NCBI GenBank assembly: GCA_965277715.1
Contig: OZ255836.1
Location: forward strand, 1,408,001-1,472,000
From: Gammaproteobacteria bacterium
Lineage (GTDB): Bacteria; Pseudomonadota; Gammaproteobacteria; JBCCGL01
Direction of reading: 5' to 3'
DNA length: 64,000 nucleotides
Shown: in pieces, positions 1 through 11,916 of the stretch
Numbering within the stretch: the first letter of the stretch is position 1
Layout: each line of letters opens with the position of its first letter
The notes under the pieces: generated by a model
What the model was told of the DNA's origin: nothing
What the model saw: only the letters and a program-made list of their open reading frames with translations
Databases searched by the model: none
Made by a program: the position numbers and the translations under genes

Positions 1-1228
1 CCAACTGCCAGCGAAAAAAAGATTTGCAGGGGGAGTACTGCATCAGCGTACTGGCGATCGCCGAGGTCAGCATAACGGCGATAACCAGATGGTAGTCAGC
101 GGTGAGTTCAAAAATTATCAATAACGTGGATATCGGCGCCCCCAATAGCGCCGATGCAACACCTGCCATACCGACAATTGAGTAAACGCCCTGGCTACTG
201 GCGAGGTGCGGAAACAACCCAGCCGCCAGCCACCAGAAAGCGCCACCCAGCATTGCGCCGATAAACAGCGCCGGGCTAAATATCCCTCCGGCGAAGCCAC
301 TGCCCAGGCACACACTGGTGGCTAACAACTTGGCGAACAGCAACATAAACAACAACAACACAGGCAAGGCCTCACGCAAAGCCAGATCAGTAGCCGGATA
401 CCCCACCCCCAGTACTAAGGGAAACTGTAACGCGATAACCCCGACTAACAGACCCGCAAACATCGGGCGCAACCACCTTGGGCAGGAGACCCATTCCCAA
501 CCGATCTGCACAAACCGGACACTGTATATCAAGGCCAGCGATACCACCCCGGCGACCACCCCCAGTAGCGCGAACGCAGGCAACTCCCACAGCGAAGCTA
601 TGGCATAAGCGGGCAGGTGAAATGCAGGGGAATCACCCAGTAGCTGGCGGGTGACGATAACGGCGGCAATGGCACTGATAACAGTCGGTGTCAGTACACG
701 CAGCGAGTAGTAACCCACCACCACTTCCAGCGCAAACAACACACCGGCTATCGGTGCATTAAACGATGCCGTCACTGCCGCTGCGGCGCCACAGCCGAGC
801 AAGACCAAAGCATCCTGGCGATTCAAACGCAAACTACTGGCTAACCAGGCGTTAATCGTGGCGCACAGATGAATAGCCGGTCCCTCCCGCCCCAGGGCCG
901 CACCACTGCCGAGCGAAACCACCGTCGCCAGAGCAGAGCTGAACCCGTTGCGCAAATCGATATGACCGCTGTGCACCGCACTCGCCTCCATCACATCACT
1001 CACCCCTTGATAACCGGTGCCCGGTGAAAGCCAGCGCAACAACAACCCGACGATCAGACCGCCAACAGCGGGGGCTAAGAGAATATGCCACCACGCCAGA
1101 CTGGCGACACCCAAGCCAGTCTCACCGGCAAAAAACAACGCATAGACGGCGCGAATAAGGGCGACCAGCGCAATTGTCGCCAGCGCGGAGAGAATGCCGG
1201 TAACAAAAGTCAGCAAAAAAAATAACAA
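1..1228 (-). CDS. ClC-family chloride channel/antiporter, 3' end runs off the window
   Basis: Not in the ORF track. Manual translation of the minus strand gives GSGAALGREGPAIHLCA (from 910 leftward) and GCGAAAAVTASFNAPIAGVLFALEV, both ClC signatures. Start (TTG 1228) is uncertain; an in-frame TGA lies just upstream. Confidence 0.85.
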   Translation of the reverse strand, partial: MLFFLLTFVTGILSALATIALVALIRAVYALFFAGETGLGVASLAWWHILLAPAVGGLIVGLLLRWLSPGTGYQGVSDVMEASAVHSGHIDLRNGFSSALATVVSLGSGAALGREGPAIHLCATINAWLASSLRLNRQDALVLLGCGAAAAVTASFNAPIAGVLFALEVVVGYYSLRVLTPTVISAIAAVIVTRQLLGDSPAFHLPAYAIASLWELPAFALLGVVAGVVSLALIYSVRFVQIGWEWVSCPRWLRPMFAGLLVGVIALQFPLVLGVGYPATDLALREALPVLLLFMLLFAKLLATSVCLGSGFAGGIFSPALFIGAMLGGAFWWLAAGLFPHLASSQGVYSIVGMAGVASALLGAPISTLLIIFELTADYHLVIAVMLTSAIASTLMQYSPCKSFFRWQL

Positions 1229-1446
1229 ACGGTTAATAGTCAGTGCTCACAAAATATCAACAAAAACGTCAGCACTTTAATTGAATTTATAGTGACTATA
1301 CAATTAGCATATTGGCAATAACGAAATACGCTGGAGCTAATCAAAAAACTTACTGGTATTGATCTTGAGTGGCCTATTTAACACCCGTCCCTATACCAAC
1401 AGATTCTTATCACAAAAAATAACATGGAAAGCCCTCTGGATTCCCC

Positions 1447-2085
1447 TCACTGGCTTTGCCAATCGCCAATATAGCCCACAAAACTCACCTGAAGTGACTC
1501 AGTGTCCTCCGAATAACTTGCATAGCTCAAACGCACCGCAAAGCCACTGTGCCAACGCGCCTCTGCACCCACAGCGAAAAAACCCGAGTACCGGTCATCC
1601 ACACGAAAATTTTCCGAAAAGTTATGACTTGCATAGCGTATACCACCCTGTAAAAACGGTTCCAAACGAAATTCCCGCGCTTCATCCGGCGCCCACGGTG
1701 CCCACAGCAGACTCAGCCCTGTTTCTTTATACGAGAGCACCCCCGCAATGTTTCCCGCATTGGCACCCGCCGTAAACGCCAACTCGGCCTCGCCCAGATC
1801 CGCGTAGCTAAATTCTGCCTGCCACGCCGGTAAAAACCGATAGCCCAGCAAAAGTTGGAAACCACTGTCACTGTTATCACTCACCCTAAATACCGTATTT
1901 TGTGTTTCCGGCTGCAGCGATGAGTACGACAATCCATATCCCATATACCACCCCGGATCAACCGCTTCTGCCAGCGAAATACCCGGCTGTAACACCAGAC
2001 CCACCATTAACGAAACAAATACCTTACGGCTAAACAACCGACATCTGGCCGCACACAAAACCCTCAACGAAATCAATAACGACAT
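1447..2085 (-). CDS. Outer-membrane beta-barrel protein (OmpA-like transmembrane domain)
   Basis: Signal-like N-terminus, then WYMGYGLSYS, QLLLGYRF and WQAEFSYADLG amphipathic strands. Start uncertain (2085 or 2145). Confidence 0.75.
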   Translation of the reverse strand: MSLLISLRVLCAARCRLFSRKVFVSLMVGLVLQPGISLAEAVDPGWYMGYGLSYSSLQPETQNTVFRVSDNSDSGFQLLLGYRFLPAWQAEFSYADLGEAELAFTAGANAGNIAGVLSYKETGLSLLWAPWAPDEAREFRLEPFLQGGIRYASHNFSENFRVDDRYSGFFAVGAEARWHSGFAVRLSYASYSEDTESLQVSFVGYIGDWQSQ

Positions 2086-2485
2086 AAATACCCCCACATC
2101 ACCGCCAGTTGTGCCACTATTACCCAGGAAGAGACTAGACCCCATGTATTGCCAATAATTGCCCCAGAAAAAAGCGCTATAAACAATTAGTTGAAAGTTA
2201 ATACATATTAGGAGCGTCAGGTTTAAACGCGCCTAGATGATAGGTACTGGCAAAAATTTACCCTATAGTATAGACGCCAATACCAGGAACAGTGATAAAA
2301 CTAAACACAATAAACCACATGGGTGTACCACTAGAATCCTGCCAGGAAGCTAATAACGCAATGAATGACACCTGAAAAGAGCCGCCATAAGCTACAAATA
2401 GTATTTTTTATAATATTTGTACTGTTTTTTTATAAACTGATAGCAAGCTTTATAATTCAGAAAATAAATAAAATTATCCAAAAAA

Positions 2486-2750
2486 CACTTGCATTCACCA
2501 GCAGAATTTTTTTTAAAATACCCATTTAATATCTGATTAAATGGGCAAATTGAATATGAACGAAACGATGGCCGTTGAAGAATATATCACCGAACACTGT
2601 AAAATAAGTATGGAAAAAGCAATTGCTGCTGAACGCTTCCCTTTATGGAAAAGATCATACGATGCCATTGATGACGTAGCTTTTTCTCGCCATGGGTTAC
2701 TTCGCTGTATAAGCCTTGTACATAGCTAAACCACCTGTGAATGAAAGGTG
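2486..2750 (+). mobile_element. Internally deleted IS-like element (possibly IS4-type) with a 62-codon ORF fragment
   Basis: Imperfect terminal inverted repeats CACTTGCATTCAC (2486) and GTGAATGAAAGGTG (ends 2750) enclose ORF 2541-2729 in AT-rich DNA. The ORF resembles a transposase N-terminus (from memory only). Confidence 0.45.
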
Positions 2751-2798
2751 AAAGAGACAACATCCTTCATCTCATCTCTTTTTACCGGTCGTTTATTA

Positions 2799-3434
2799 TT
2801 ATTCACCGATATAACCAATAAAGCTCAACATAAACGAATCGATATCTTCTGCGCGGTTTACATAGTGTAGGCGCAGCGCAAATCCATTGTTCCAACGTGC
2901 TTCAGCACCAATACCGACAAAGCCGGATATCCCATCGTCACTGTTCAAACCACTGACAGAATCAATGTCAAGGTCGCTGATGCCTAACTGAACAAAGGGT
3001 TCCAAACGAAAGTCCTGACTATGATCAGGTGCAAACGGAAGCCACAGCCCACCTAGAGTAAATTGGCTGTAATCGACAGAGCCTGCACCAGCGCCTGAAG
3101 CCAACCCCAGCTCAGCGCTCCCAAGACGTGCATAACCAATCTCTGCCTGCCAGTATCGGTGTATACGGTAACCCAGCAGGAGTTGAACGCCATTGCTACT
3201 ATCGTCGGTCACCACGAAGTTGGTGCTCGTGGTATCTGGCTGCAAAGACGAGCTGCTTAAACCAAACCCCACATAAACTCCCTGTTGGTCGTCTTCGGCA
3301 AAGGATAAACCCGGTTTCAGAACCAATATAATCGCCAACAATAAAAATGGGATACCACGTGCCAGAAAAGTCGGCCAGCGTTGCTCCAAACCATATGTAA
3401 CGGATTCAGTGTCAAACTTAATCATTGAAGACAA
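2799..3434 (-). CDS. Outer-membrane beta-barrel protein, paralog of 1447-2085
   Basis: Shares SSLQP, QLLLGYR, WQAE, FRLEPF, GAEARW..GFA.RL and GYIG motifs with the neighbouring gene. Confidence 0.75.
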   Translation of the reverse strand: MSSMIKFDTESVTYGLEQRWPTFLARGIPFLLLAIILVLKPGLSFAEDDQQGVYVGFGLSSSSLQPDTTSTNFVVTDDSSNGVQLLLGYRIHRYWQAEIGYARLGSAELGLASGAGAGSVDYSQFTLGGLWLPFAPDHSQDFRLEPFVQLGISDLDIDSVSGLNSDDGISGFVGIGAEARWNNGFALRLHYVNRAEDIDSFMLSFIGYIGE

Positions 3435-3558
3435 TACCTTTGTTATGTGTTTTGCCAGCGGGCATCTATGCTACTTTAATCGTGTGCCTATGCACACTCT
3501 GTTGTGGATAGGAAATACTAATACTAACCGCATTCGGTTGCACTTTAATATTTTCCAG

Positions 3559-3878
3559 TCAATCAGCACCCACTGACCAGTAATCTTGATTACTCACCCA
3601 GGGGCGAACATTCAGATTGACACTGCTATCAGCCAGCTCGCCTACAGCAATAGCGGGTTTCGGGCCTTTCAGCATACGCTTATCAGCGGCAATAATCGCG
3701 CCAATTGCATCACGAACCTGACCAATATTATCGTGCAAACCAATGCCAATGACCAGACCAACCACCCCCAAAATCGCCATCGACGGGATCACATTAACAC
3801 CCAGTAAATCAACTGCCGCCAGTAAGACGGCTACCAGTAACACTTGTAGCCGATATTACCCAAAAACCCGGTCAACAT
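3559..3878 (-). pseudogene. mscS: Decayed small-conductance mechanosensitive channel (MscS family)
   Basis: MLTGFLGNIGY (from 3878) frameshifts into VLLVAVLLAAVDLLGVN...GLVIGIGL. That joins directly to C-terminal-domain sequence (AVGELADSSVNLNVRPWV...DYW). The middle is missing and it stops early. Confidence 0.75.
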
Positions 3879-3999
3879 ATTTAGTTGTTTTAGCGGTGTG
3901 TGATGATAAACCAGTGTCAGTTGCTTATTTGCGAAGTCGAGCACATCTTAACCCTGAACCCCATGCTATTAACTTGCACACAAGTCAATAGCATGGGGT

Positions 4000-4671
4000 C
4001 TAGAGGGCATTATCAATCACCGTGGATGATGTGGGGTTGAAGTAGTGTCGCCCACCACCGATAGACTGTATTTGCTCCAGTAATAGCGCATAGTCGTGAT
4101 CGCTACTGGCGAAATTCAAATAGTGCGCATTGACAATAAGCAGCGTAGAGGCCTCATAAGCGTGAAAAAAACGCATATAGGCATCCGACAGTCGATTCAA
4201 ATAGTCACTATCCATAGCTTGTTCAAACGCTACACCGCGATGGTGTATACGCTCAATCAATACCGACACAGGTGCCTGTAAGTAGATCACCAGATCGGGC
4301 GCCGGGGCGTCGATAGTCAGGTGCTGGTAAACCTGTTCATACAATGCCAGCTCATCAGCATCAAGCGTCAATCCGGCAAACAGGCGATCCTTTTCCATTA
4401 AGAAATCGGCCACCCATACCGGCGTAAACAACTCCCCCTGGCGTATAGTCTGCATCTGCTGCGCACGCTGCATCAGGAAAAACAATTGCGTAGATAGGGC
4501 TGCCTGTCGTGGATTTTGGTAAAACCGTTCTAAAAATGGGTTTTCACTGGCGCCTTCCAGTAACAGTTCAGAGCCAAATGAATCCGCCAGCTTTCTCGCC
4601 AGGGTAGTTTTGCCCACCCCAATTGGCCCCTCAACCACAATGTAAGCACCCTCATGCAGCATCGCCATCAT
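4000..4671 (-). CDS. Deoxynucleoside kinase family protein
   Basis: IVVEGPIGVGKTT P-loop, NPFLERFY and PDLVIYLQA; usual position after folK. Confidence 0.9.
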   Translation of the reverse strand: MMAMLHEGAYIVVEGPIGVGKTTLARKLADSFGSELLLEGASENPFLERFYQNPRQAALSTQLFFLMQRAQQMQTIRQGELFTPVWVADFLMEKDRLFAGLTLDADELALYEQVYQHLTIDAPAPDLVIYLQAPVSVLIERIHHRGVAFEQAMDSDYLNRLSDAYMRFFHAYEASTLLIVNAHYLNFASSDHDYALLLEQIQSIGGGRHYFNPTSSTVIDNAL

Positions 4672-5192
4672 TTATCTTGATGAATAGGGGCATCTAGATT
4701 AATAGGGCCATCCAAACGCGTGATACCAGCACCCCCCAGTGATTGCCGCAATGCCACCACTGAACCCAGCGACGGAATCGAGAGCGTGGGGGCAATGGCA
4801 TACAACGGCTCAAGCACAAAGACCCGATTGGCTATTTCCGGGTGTGGCACGCTTAAACGCGCCGTGTGAATCTGCGCATCGTTGTATAACAATATATCCA
4901 AATCGAGTGTGCGTGACCCCCAGCGCGTGCCATCACGCACTCTACCTTGTGCGTGTTCGATCGCCTGTAAAGCATCAAGCAGCCGCTCGGCTGATAGCGT
5001 GGTACTTAGACAGGCGACAGCATTGATGTAGTCACTCTGCCCCGGCTGGCCGAGTGGCTGACTGAGATATAGCGGGGATACAGTGTGTAGCTGGGCACTG
5101 GGGATGTTGTCCAGGCACACAATTGCCCGCTCGACTTGGGCATAGGGATTGTGCAGATTGCTGCCAATACCAATATAAACCTGGTTGTGCAT
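4668..5192 (-). CDS. folK: 2-amino-4-hydroxy-6-hydroxymethyldihydropteridine diphosphokinase
   Basis: YIGIGSNL, YINAV, RWGSRTLDLDILLY and PHP motifs. Confidence 0.95.
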   Translation of the reverse strand: MHNQVYIGIGSNLHNPYAQVERAIVCLDNIPSAQLHTVSPLYLSQPLGQPGQSDYINAVACLSTTLSAERLLDALQAIEHAQGRVRDGTRWGSRTLDLDILLYNDAQIHTARLSVPHPEIANRVFVLEPLYAIAPTLSIPSLGSVVALRQSLGGAGITRLDGPINLDAPIHQDK

Positions 5193-5201
5193 GCCGGTGA
5201 A

Positions 5202-6874
<1,673 letters not shown>

Positions 6875-6933
6875 TCAAGCAGGTTTAAACTTACCCTTTA
6901 GACTAGCATGTACAGGCGTTTTCTGCGAGTTAT

Positions 6934-7003
6934 AAAAATCAATGGGGTCAGACTCGTTTGATTTCGCATGCGAAATCAAACGAGTCTGACCCCATTGATT
7001 TTT
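6934..7003. repeat. Perfect 70-bp palindrome (REP/REPIN-like)
   Basis: AAAAATCAATGGGGTCAGACTCGTTTGATTTCGCA|TGCGAAATCAAACGAGTCTGACCCCATTGATTTTT; 35-bp arms, no loop. Confidence 0.95.
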
Positions 7004-7663
7004 TTAGGCGGCAAAACGCTGCCAGCCATAACTCTCCCTTTTCTCAAGTGCGCTGAGGTAGAGTGATTCAAATTCATCGACCACCGAATTTTTCACCGCA
7101 GGTAACGCCAGCAGGCGTTGTGACCAGGCTGTCACCTTTGGCATGGCCTCAGCGTCGACCGCAGAAAAGTAGCCATCCGCCACGGCACTGTGAGTGAAGA
7201 GCGGCGCAAATGCCGTATCTGCCAGTGAAAACTGCTCACCGTTAAACCAGGGGCCATCGCCAAGTACCTGTTCCACCCGGTGAAGTTGGCCTACCAGCTC
7301 AGCGCGGTATTTTTCATAATCCGCCTGCTCTTTGGCATATTTCATCATGTAACTGTTGCCGAGCATCGTCGAGGCAAACTCTATCCAGGCGCGGTTTTTA
7401 GCCCGTGCCAGTGGGGTTTTAGGTTGCAATTCACCACCAGTGATTTCATCCAGGTATTCATTGATTACCGCTGATTCAAACAGTACTTCGCCATCCACTT
7501 TAAGTACGGGCACTTTTTGCAAAGGGGATATTTCCACAAACCAGTCCGGCGGGTCGGCCAGGTCGATAAATGTGACTGTGTGGTCAACGTTTTTATAATT
7601 GAGCGTAATAATTGCGCGTTGTACAAACGGGCAAAGCTTAAAACTGATCAGTTCGAGTGACAT
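7004..7663 (-). CDS. Glutathione S-transferase family protein
   Basis: CPFVQRA, ISPLQKVPVL, LFESAVINEYLDE and SLADTAFAP. ATG at 7663 has a GAGG RBS; the longer ORF call overlaps hslR. Confidence 0.9.
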   Translation of the reverse strand: MSLELISFKLCPFVQRAIITLNYKNVDHTVTFIDLADPPDWFVEISPLQKVPVLKVDGEVLFESAVINEYLDEITGGELQPKTPLARAKNRAWIEFASTMLGNSYMMKYAKEQADYEKYRAELVGQLHRVEQVLGDGPWFNGEQFSLADTAFAPLFTHSAVADGYFSAVDAEAMPKVTAWSQRLLALPAVKNSVVDEFESLYLSALEKRESYGWQRFAA

Positions 7664-7727
7664 TGCGTTAACCTCAGGTATCCAGCAGAATCGCTGTGTG
7701 TGAAAGTAAAGATAAGGGTAGTGGTGG

Positions 7728-8138
7728 ATGAATACAAGCACCGGCACAACCGGCAATATACGCATCGATAAATGGTTGTGGGCAGCGCGTTTTTTTAAAA
7801 CCCGAAGGCTCGCTTCCACGGCGGTATCGGGGGGCAAAGTACATTTAAACGGGCAGCGAATCAAGCCGGCCCATGTGTTGCGCGTGAATGATCGCCTGCG
7901 GATTCAGCGCGGTCACTATGAATACACAATTGATGTAATATCGCTAAACGACAAGCGACGCCCCGCTAAAGAGGCCTGCCTGATGTATCGGGAGACTGAA
8001 CAGAGCCAGCAGGACCGGGCGCAAATGGCTGAGCGTGTTAAATTGGAAAATCGGGCACATGCCAACTATACCGAGGGTCGCCCCGATAAGCGGCAGCGTC
8101 GGCAGATTGTTCGGTTTCGGCAGGCCAACAACGAATAA
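7728..8138 (+). CDS. hslR: Ribosome-associated heat shock protein Hsp15 (S4 domain)
   Basis: RIDKWLWAARFFKTR and GRPDKRQRRQI. Confidence 0.92.
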   Translation: MNTSTGTTGNIRIDKWLWAARFFKTRRLASTAVSGGKVHLNGQRIKPAHVLRVNDRLRIQRGHYEYTIDVISLNDKRRPAKEACLMYRETEQSQQDRAQMAERVKLENRAHANYTEGRPDKRQRRQIVRFRQANNE

Positions 8139-8176
8139 AATCAATGGTAAATCAATGGGATCGACCCCATTGATTT
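8137..8176. repeat. Degenerate copy of the 6934 palindrome family
   Basis: AAATCAATGGGATCGACCCCATTGATTT (8149-8176), preceded by a partial AAAATCAATGG. It lies between convergent hslR and cphA. Confidence 0.8.
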
Positions 8177-10979
8177 AATCGGCATCCTCCGGTTCACTGC
8201 GCGCCAATCGCACGCCGCGCTCGTCGATGATGATTTCTTCATCCTGTTCCAGTGGGTAGCGTTTCTCACGCGGGGGCATAAACATTTTGGTGCCGGGAAT
8301 GGTCTTTTTGTTTTCCTGTTTGTCACTGTTTAAGCTGACGATCTGTTTCCAGGTGCGCGTTAGGTCATCCGCTGTAATCACTAACAAGTCACCTGCTTTT
8401 GCGTGGGTGAGTGCGTAGTCAACGGCAGGTTCTTCATCGGCTATTACCTGGATGTTTTCATCGGCCACACCCGCTTCGAGTAGAAAGTGACGCAGTAGTT
8501 GGGGCAGCTCGTCGTAGCCACGACCACGGCGGTTAGTGTCGGCTTTACAGATAAAGTGGGTGAAGTGCGGTAGGCATGCTTTGACGGATTCGCGAATATC
8601 TTCATCGCGCCGATCACCCGGCACAGAAATAACAACCGTCCGATTGCCTTCGGGTTCCAGTTTATCGGCCAGTTCAGCCATAGCGCGGAATCCTGCCGGG
8701 TTGTGCGCGTAATCCAATATGACCTTAAAGGGGTGCTCATTGTAGATGTTAGTACGCCCTGGGCTTTGAAAGAATGAGGTGTCAAAGGTGCGCAAACCCA
8801 TGCGAATATCATCCAGATCCTTGCCAAAACTGTACGCCATCGCGGCGGCAAACATAGCGTTTTGTACATTGTGTATCGCCTTGCCCTCAATGGTCGCGGG
8901 GATCAGGTGCGACCATAGTAATGGGATGTGCGCGCCATTATCGTAGAGGGTAATCATATCGCCGTTGATGCCCTTCTCCAGTACCACAGCGCGCCCATTG
9001 GCGCGGATATGCTCGCGGACTAATCCGTGCGTTGGGTCCATGGTGATGTAGCATAGGTGTTTGGCACGGGTATTGTCCGCCATTTTCAAACACAGTTTGT
9101 CATCGGCATTCAATACCGCCGTATCGTTGGCGATGCGCACCACTGTCTCTTTGACTTTAGCGAGTTGTTCCAGGGTATTGATACCCCCTAAACCCATATG
9201 GTCTGCACTGATATTTATACAGGCGGCCACATCGCATTCGTGAAACCCCAAACCGGCGCGCAGGATACCACCACGTGCGCACTCCAATACAGCGAAGTCG
9301 ATGGTCGGATCGCGCAATACGATCTGTGCCGACTGAGGACCCGTCATATCGCCCTTCACTGTCACTTTACCGTCGACAAGAATACCGCCCGTAGAGGTCA
9401 TACCGACAATATGGCCGCTGGTTTTCATAATGTGGGTGAGCATGCGGGTGGTGGTGGTTTTTCCGTTGGTGCCTGTGATCGCCGCCATGGGTATACGGCT
9501 CGGTACACCTGGGGGATAGAGCATATCGAGTACTTTACCCGCCACATCGCGTGATTCACCTTCGCTGGGGGCAACGTGCATACGAAAACCAGGGCCAGCA
9601 TTGACTTCGACAATAGCACCACCCACATCTTTGTAGGAGTGGCTGATGTCATCGCTGATAAAGTCGACACCACCAATGTCCAAACCGATGGCACGCACAG
9701 CACGCACAGCCATCTCGCGATTATCGGGGTGCACTACATCGGTCATATCGATGGCTGTACCCCCCGTCGATAGATTCGCCGTTGAGCGCAAAAAGAACAC
9801 TTCGTCTTTTTTCAGCACTGTGCTGTCGGTATAGCCTGCCGCCTGCATCAACTGCTGTGCCTGTGTATCCAGCTCGATACGGGTCAACACTTTTTCATGG
9901 CCAATGCCACGGCGTGGATCAGCATTCACTTCATCAACCAGTCCGGCGATAGTCGTTTTACCATTTCCGATAATGTGGCCAGGCACGCGTTTGGCAACCG
10001 CAACCAGTTCATTATCGACGACCAGCATGCGGTGGTCGAAGCCGGTGACAAAGCTCTCTGCCAACACCGTGCGTGATCTACCCTGCTGTTTGGCGATATA
10101 GAACGCTTCACGCACTTGTTCATCCGTGGTCAAGTTGATACTGATGCCGCGCCCGTGGTTGGCATCAAGCGGTTTTATCACCACCGGGTAGCCAATTTTT
10201 TTCGCGGCACTCACCGCCCCATCTTCATCGACGAAGGTATATTGCCTCGGCACCGGCAACCCCATATCGAGCAGTAAGCGGTGTGTGCCCTGTTTATCAC
10301 TCGCCAAACCTGTGGCGATAGTGCTGGTGTCACTGGTTACCGTTGCCTGAATGCGCTTTTGGTATTTACCGTGGCCAAATTGCACCAGGCTATATTCGTT
10401 TAGTCGCAACCAGGGGATATGCCGTTCAACAGCGGCATCGACCAGCGACTGTGTGCTGGGGCCAAATTCGCGGCGCTGCGCACGGCGCACAAAGTCCTCC
10501 AACTCCGGTTCAAAATCGAAGTCGGCATCAATGGGGTAATCGATCTGTTGTTGCAATTCAGGCGGCAGTAAATGCATCAACAAACGCAGCGCCAAGTGCC
10601 CGGCTTCGATACCCGCATCGCGCTGCTTATAGGCGTAAACCATGTTATAGCACCCCGCCACACCGGTACTGCGGGTGCGCCCAAAAGATACACCTGAGCC
10701 AGCGATATTCTGAATTTCGAGGGCGACGTGCTCCATGATATGCCCCATCCAGGTGCCATCGTCCTCGGTCAGTCGACGGATAAACCCACCGGGCTTGCGA
10801 TATGAACAACCGTGTTCAGCCAGGCTGGGCAATGCCTGTTGCAGGCCATCAGTAAACCCCTTGCCGCACTTGACAGATGGCCATTCCAGTAGCACCCCCA
10901 AATCCAGCACCATACGAATAACCGGAAAGTTAGCGTAGACACTGGGGCCAACATAAACATTAGTAGCTGTTATTTTCAT
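8175..10979 (-). CDS. cphA: Cyanophycin synthetase
   Basis: N domain (HGCS...TWMGHIMEH), GPSTQSLV, ATP-grasp (VIKPLDANHGRG, ANLSTGG, EVNAGPG) and Mur-ligase domain (ITGTNGKTTT, ILDYAHNP). Confidence 0.95.
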   Translation of the reverse strand: MKITATNVYVGPSVYANFPVIRMVLDLGVLLEWPSVKCGKGFTDGLQQALPSLAEHGCSYRKPGGFIRRLTEDDGTWMGHIMEHVALEIQNIAGSGVSFGRTRSTGVAGCYNMVYAYKQRDAGIEAGHLALRLLMHLLPPELQQQIDYPIDADFDFEPELEDFVRRAQRREFGPSTQSLVDAAVERHIPWLRLNEYSLVQFGHGKYQKRIQATVTSDTSTIATGLASDKQGTHRLLLDMGLPVPRQYTFVDEDGAVSAAKKIGYPVVIKPLDANHGRGISINLTTDEQVREAFYIAKQQGRSRTVLAESFVTGFDHRMLVVDNELVAVAKRVPGHIIGNGKTTIAGLVDEVNADPRRGIGHEKVLTRIELDTQAQQLMQAAGYTDSTVLKKDEVFFLRSTANLSTGGTAIDMTDVVHPDNREMAVRAVRAIGLDIGGVDFISDDISHSYKDVGGAIVEVNAGPGFRMHVAPSEGESRDVAGKVLDMLYPPGVPSRIPMAAITGTNGKTTTTRMLTHIMKTSGHIVGMTSTGGILVDGKVTVKGDMTGPQSAQIVLRDPTIDFAVLECARGGILRAGLGFHECDVAACINISADHMGLGGINTLEQLAKVKETVVRIANDTAVLNADDKLCLKMADNTRAKHLCYITMDPTHGLVREHIRANGRAVVLEKGINGDMITLYDNGAHIPLLWSHLIPATIEGKAIHNVQNAMFAAAMAYSFGKDLDDIRMGLRTFDTSFFQSPGRTNIYNEHPFKVILDYAHNPAGFRAMAELADKLEPEGNRTVVISVPGDRRDEDIRESVKACLPHFTHFICKADTNRRGRGYDELPQLLRHFLLEAGVADENIQVIADEEPAVDYALTHAKAGDLLVITADDLTRTWKQIVSLNSDKQENKKTIPGTKMFMPPREKRYPLEQDEEIIIDERGVRLARSEPEDAD

Positions 10980-11081
10980 TGTTTTATTCCATCGTTAACC
11001 TTCGCCTCTAAGCGAATTTACATTGAGCAGGCCGTATTTTTTCAAAAGCATGACAAATAACAACAACGGGCGCAACACCCT

Positions 11082-11909
11082 TCACCGTTCTGCCTGATAC
11101 GCCTGCCGAGTGCCAATATCGAAACGGCAACCCTTTGAGAGGATATGCAGCTTCAGATTTAACAGGCTTAAAGCGTCTTGTCTCGATGTATCCCCCATTG
11201 ATGAATAACTTAAATCGGTGGGGTCGATAACCGTCACCGACCCACTGCCGACAACCTCAAAGGTTTGTCCATCGTCGATAAAAATTGCCGTGTCTTCGTC
11301 GATACCGACACCGATTAAAAATGGGTTGAATGCGATAGCCGTCAGCAATCTACCGAGCCTGTCGCGCTGACTGAAATGTTGGTCAATCAATAGCGCGTTG
11401 GTCAGTCCCAGCCCAGGCGCCAGGTTAACGCCATCGCGAGATGGTGCCGACCCTGTAGACCCACCTGCAATCATATGCTCAGGCATAATGGCAGCACCCG
11501 CCGAAGTGCCTGCAACATGCACACCACGTGCATTCAGGCGGCGGATTTTTTTCGCAATCCCAGTCCCTCCAAGAATAGTAGACAAGCGCAACTGATTACC
11601 GCCGGTAATAAATATGCCGCTGGCCTGGTCGAGCTGCTCCAGGTAGTCTTCCCGCTGTGCCTCAGCGCGTTCGTTAATCGACAGTGATACAGCGCTGGCA
11701 ACACCGATGCGTTTAAATATCTCAACGTATTTATCGCCGGTATCCGGCAGTGTCGAGGCTGTCGGAATAATCGCAATATGCGCCTTTCTGCCACCACAGA
11801 GTTTGGCAAAACGCTTTAGCACACGCGGTGACCCACCGCGCTCTTCGGCGCCCCCGATGGGGATGACATAACCACGTGTGTGGCCCGTTTTATCAGGTGA
11901 GGGGCTCAT
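11082..11909 (-). CDS. cphB: Cyanophycinase
   Basis: IGGAEE, TGGNQLRL, GTSAGA (catalytic Ser), DQHFSQRDRLGRL and GIDEDTA. Confidence 0.93.
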   Translation of the reverse strand: MSPSPDKTGHTRGYVIPIGGAEERGGSPRVLKRFAKLCGGRKAHIAIIPTASTLPDTGDKYVEIFKRIGVASAVSLSINERAEAQREDYLEQLDQASGIFITGGNQLRLSTILGGTGIAKKIRRLNARGVHVAGTSAGAAIMPEHMIAGGSTGSAPSRDGVNLAPGLGLTNALLIDQHFSQRDRLGRLLTAIAFNPFLIGVGIDEDTAIFIDDGQTFEVVGSGSVTVIDPTDLSYSSMGDTSRQDALSLLNLKLHILSKGCRFDIGTRQAYQAER

Positions 11910-11916
11910 CGTTTAC

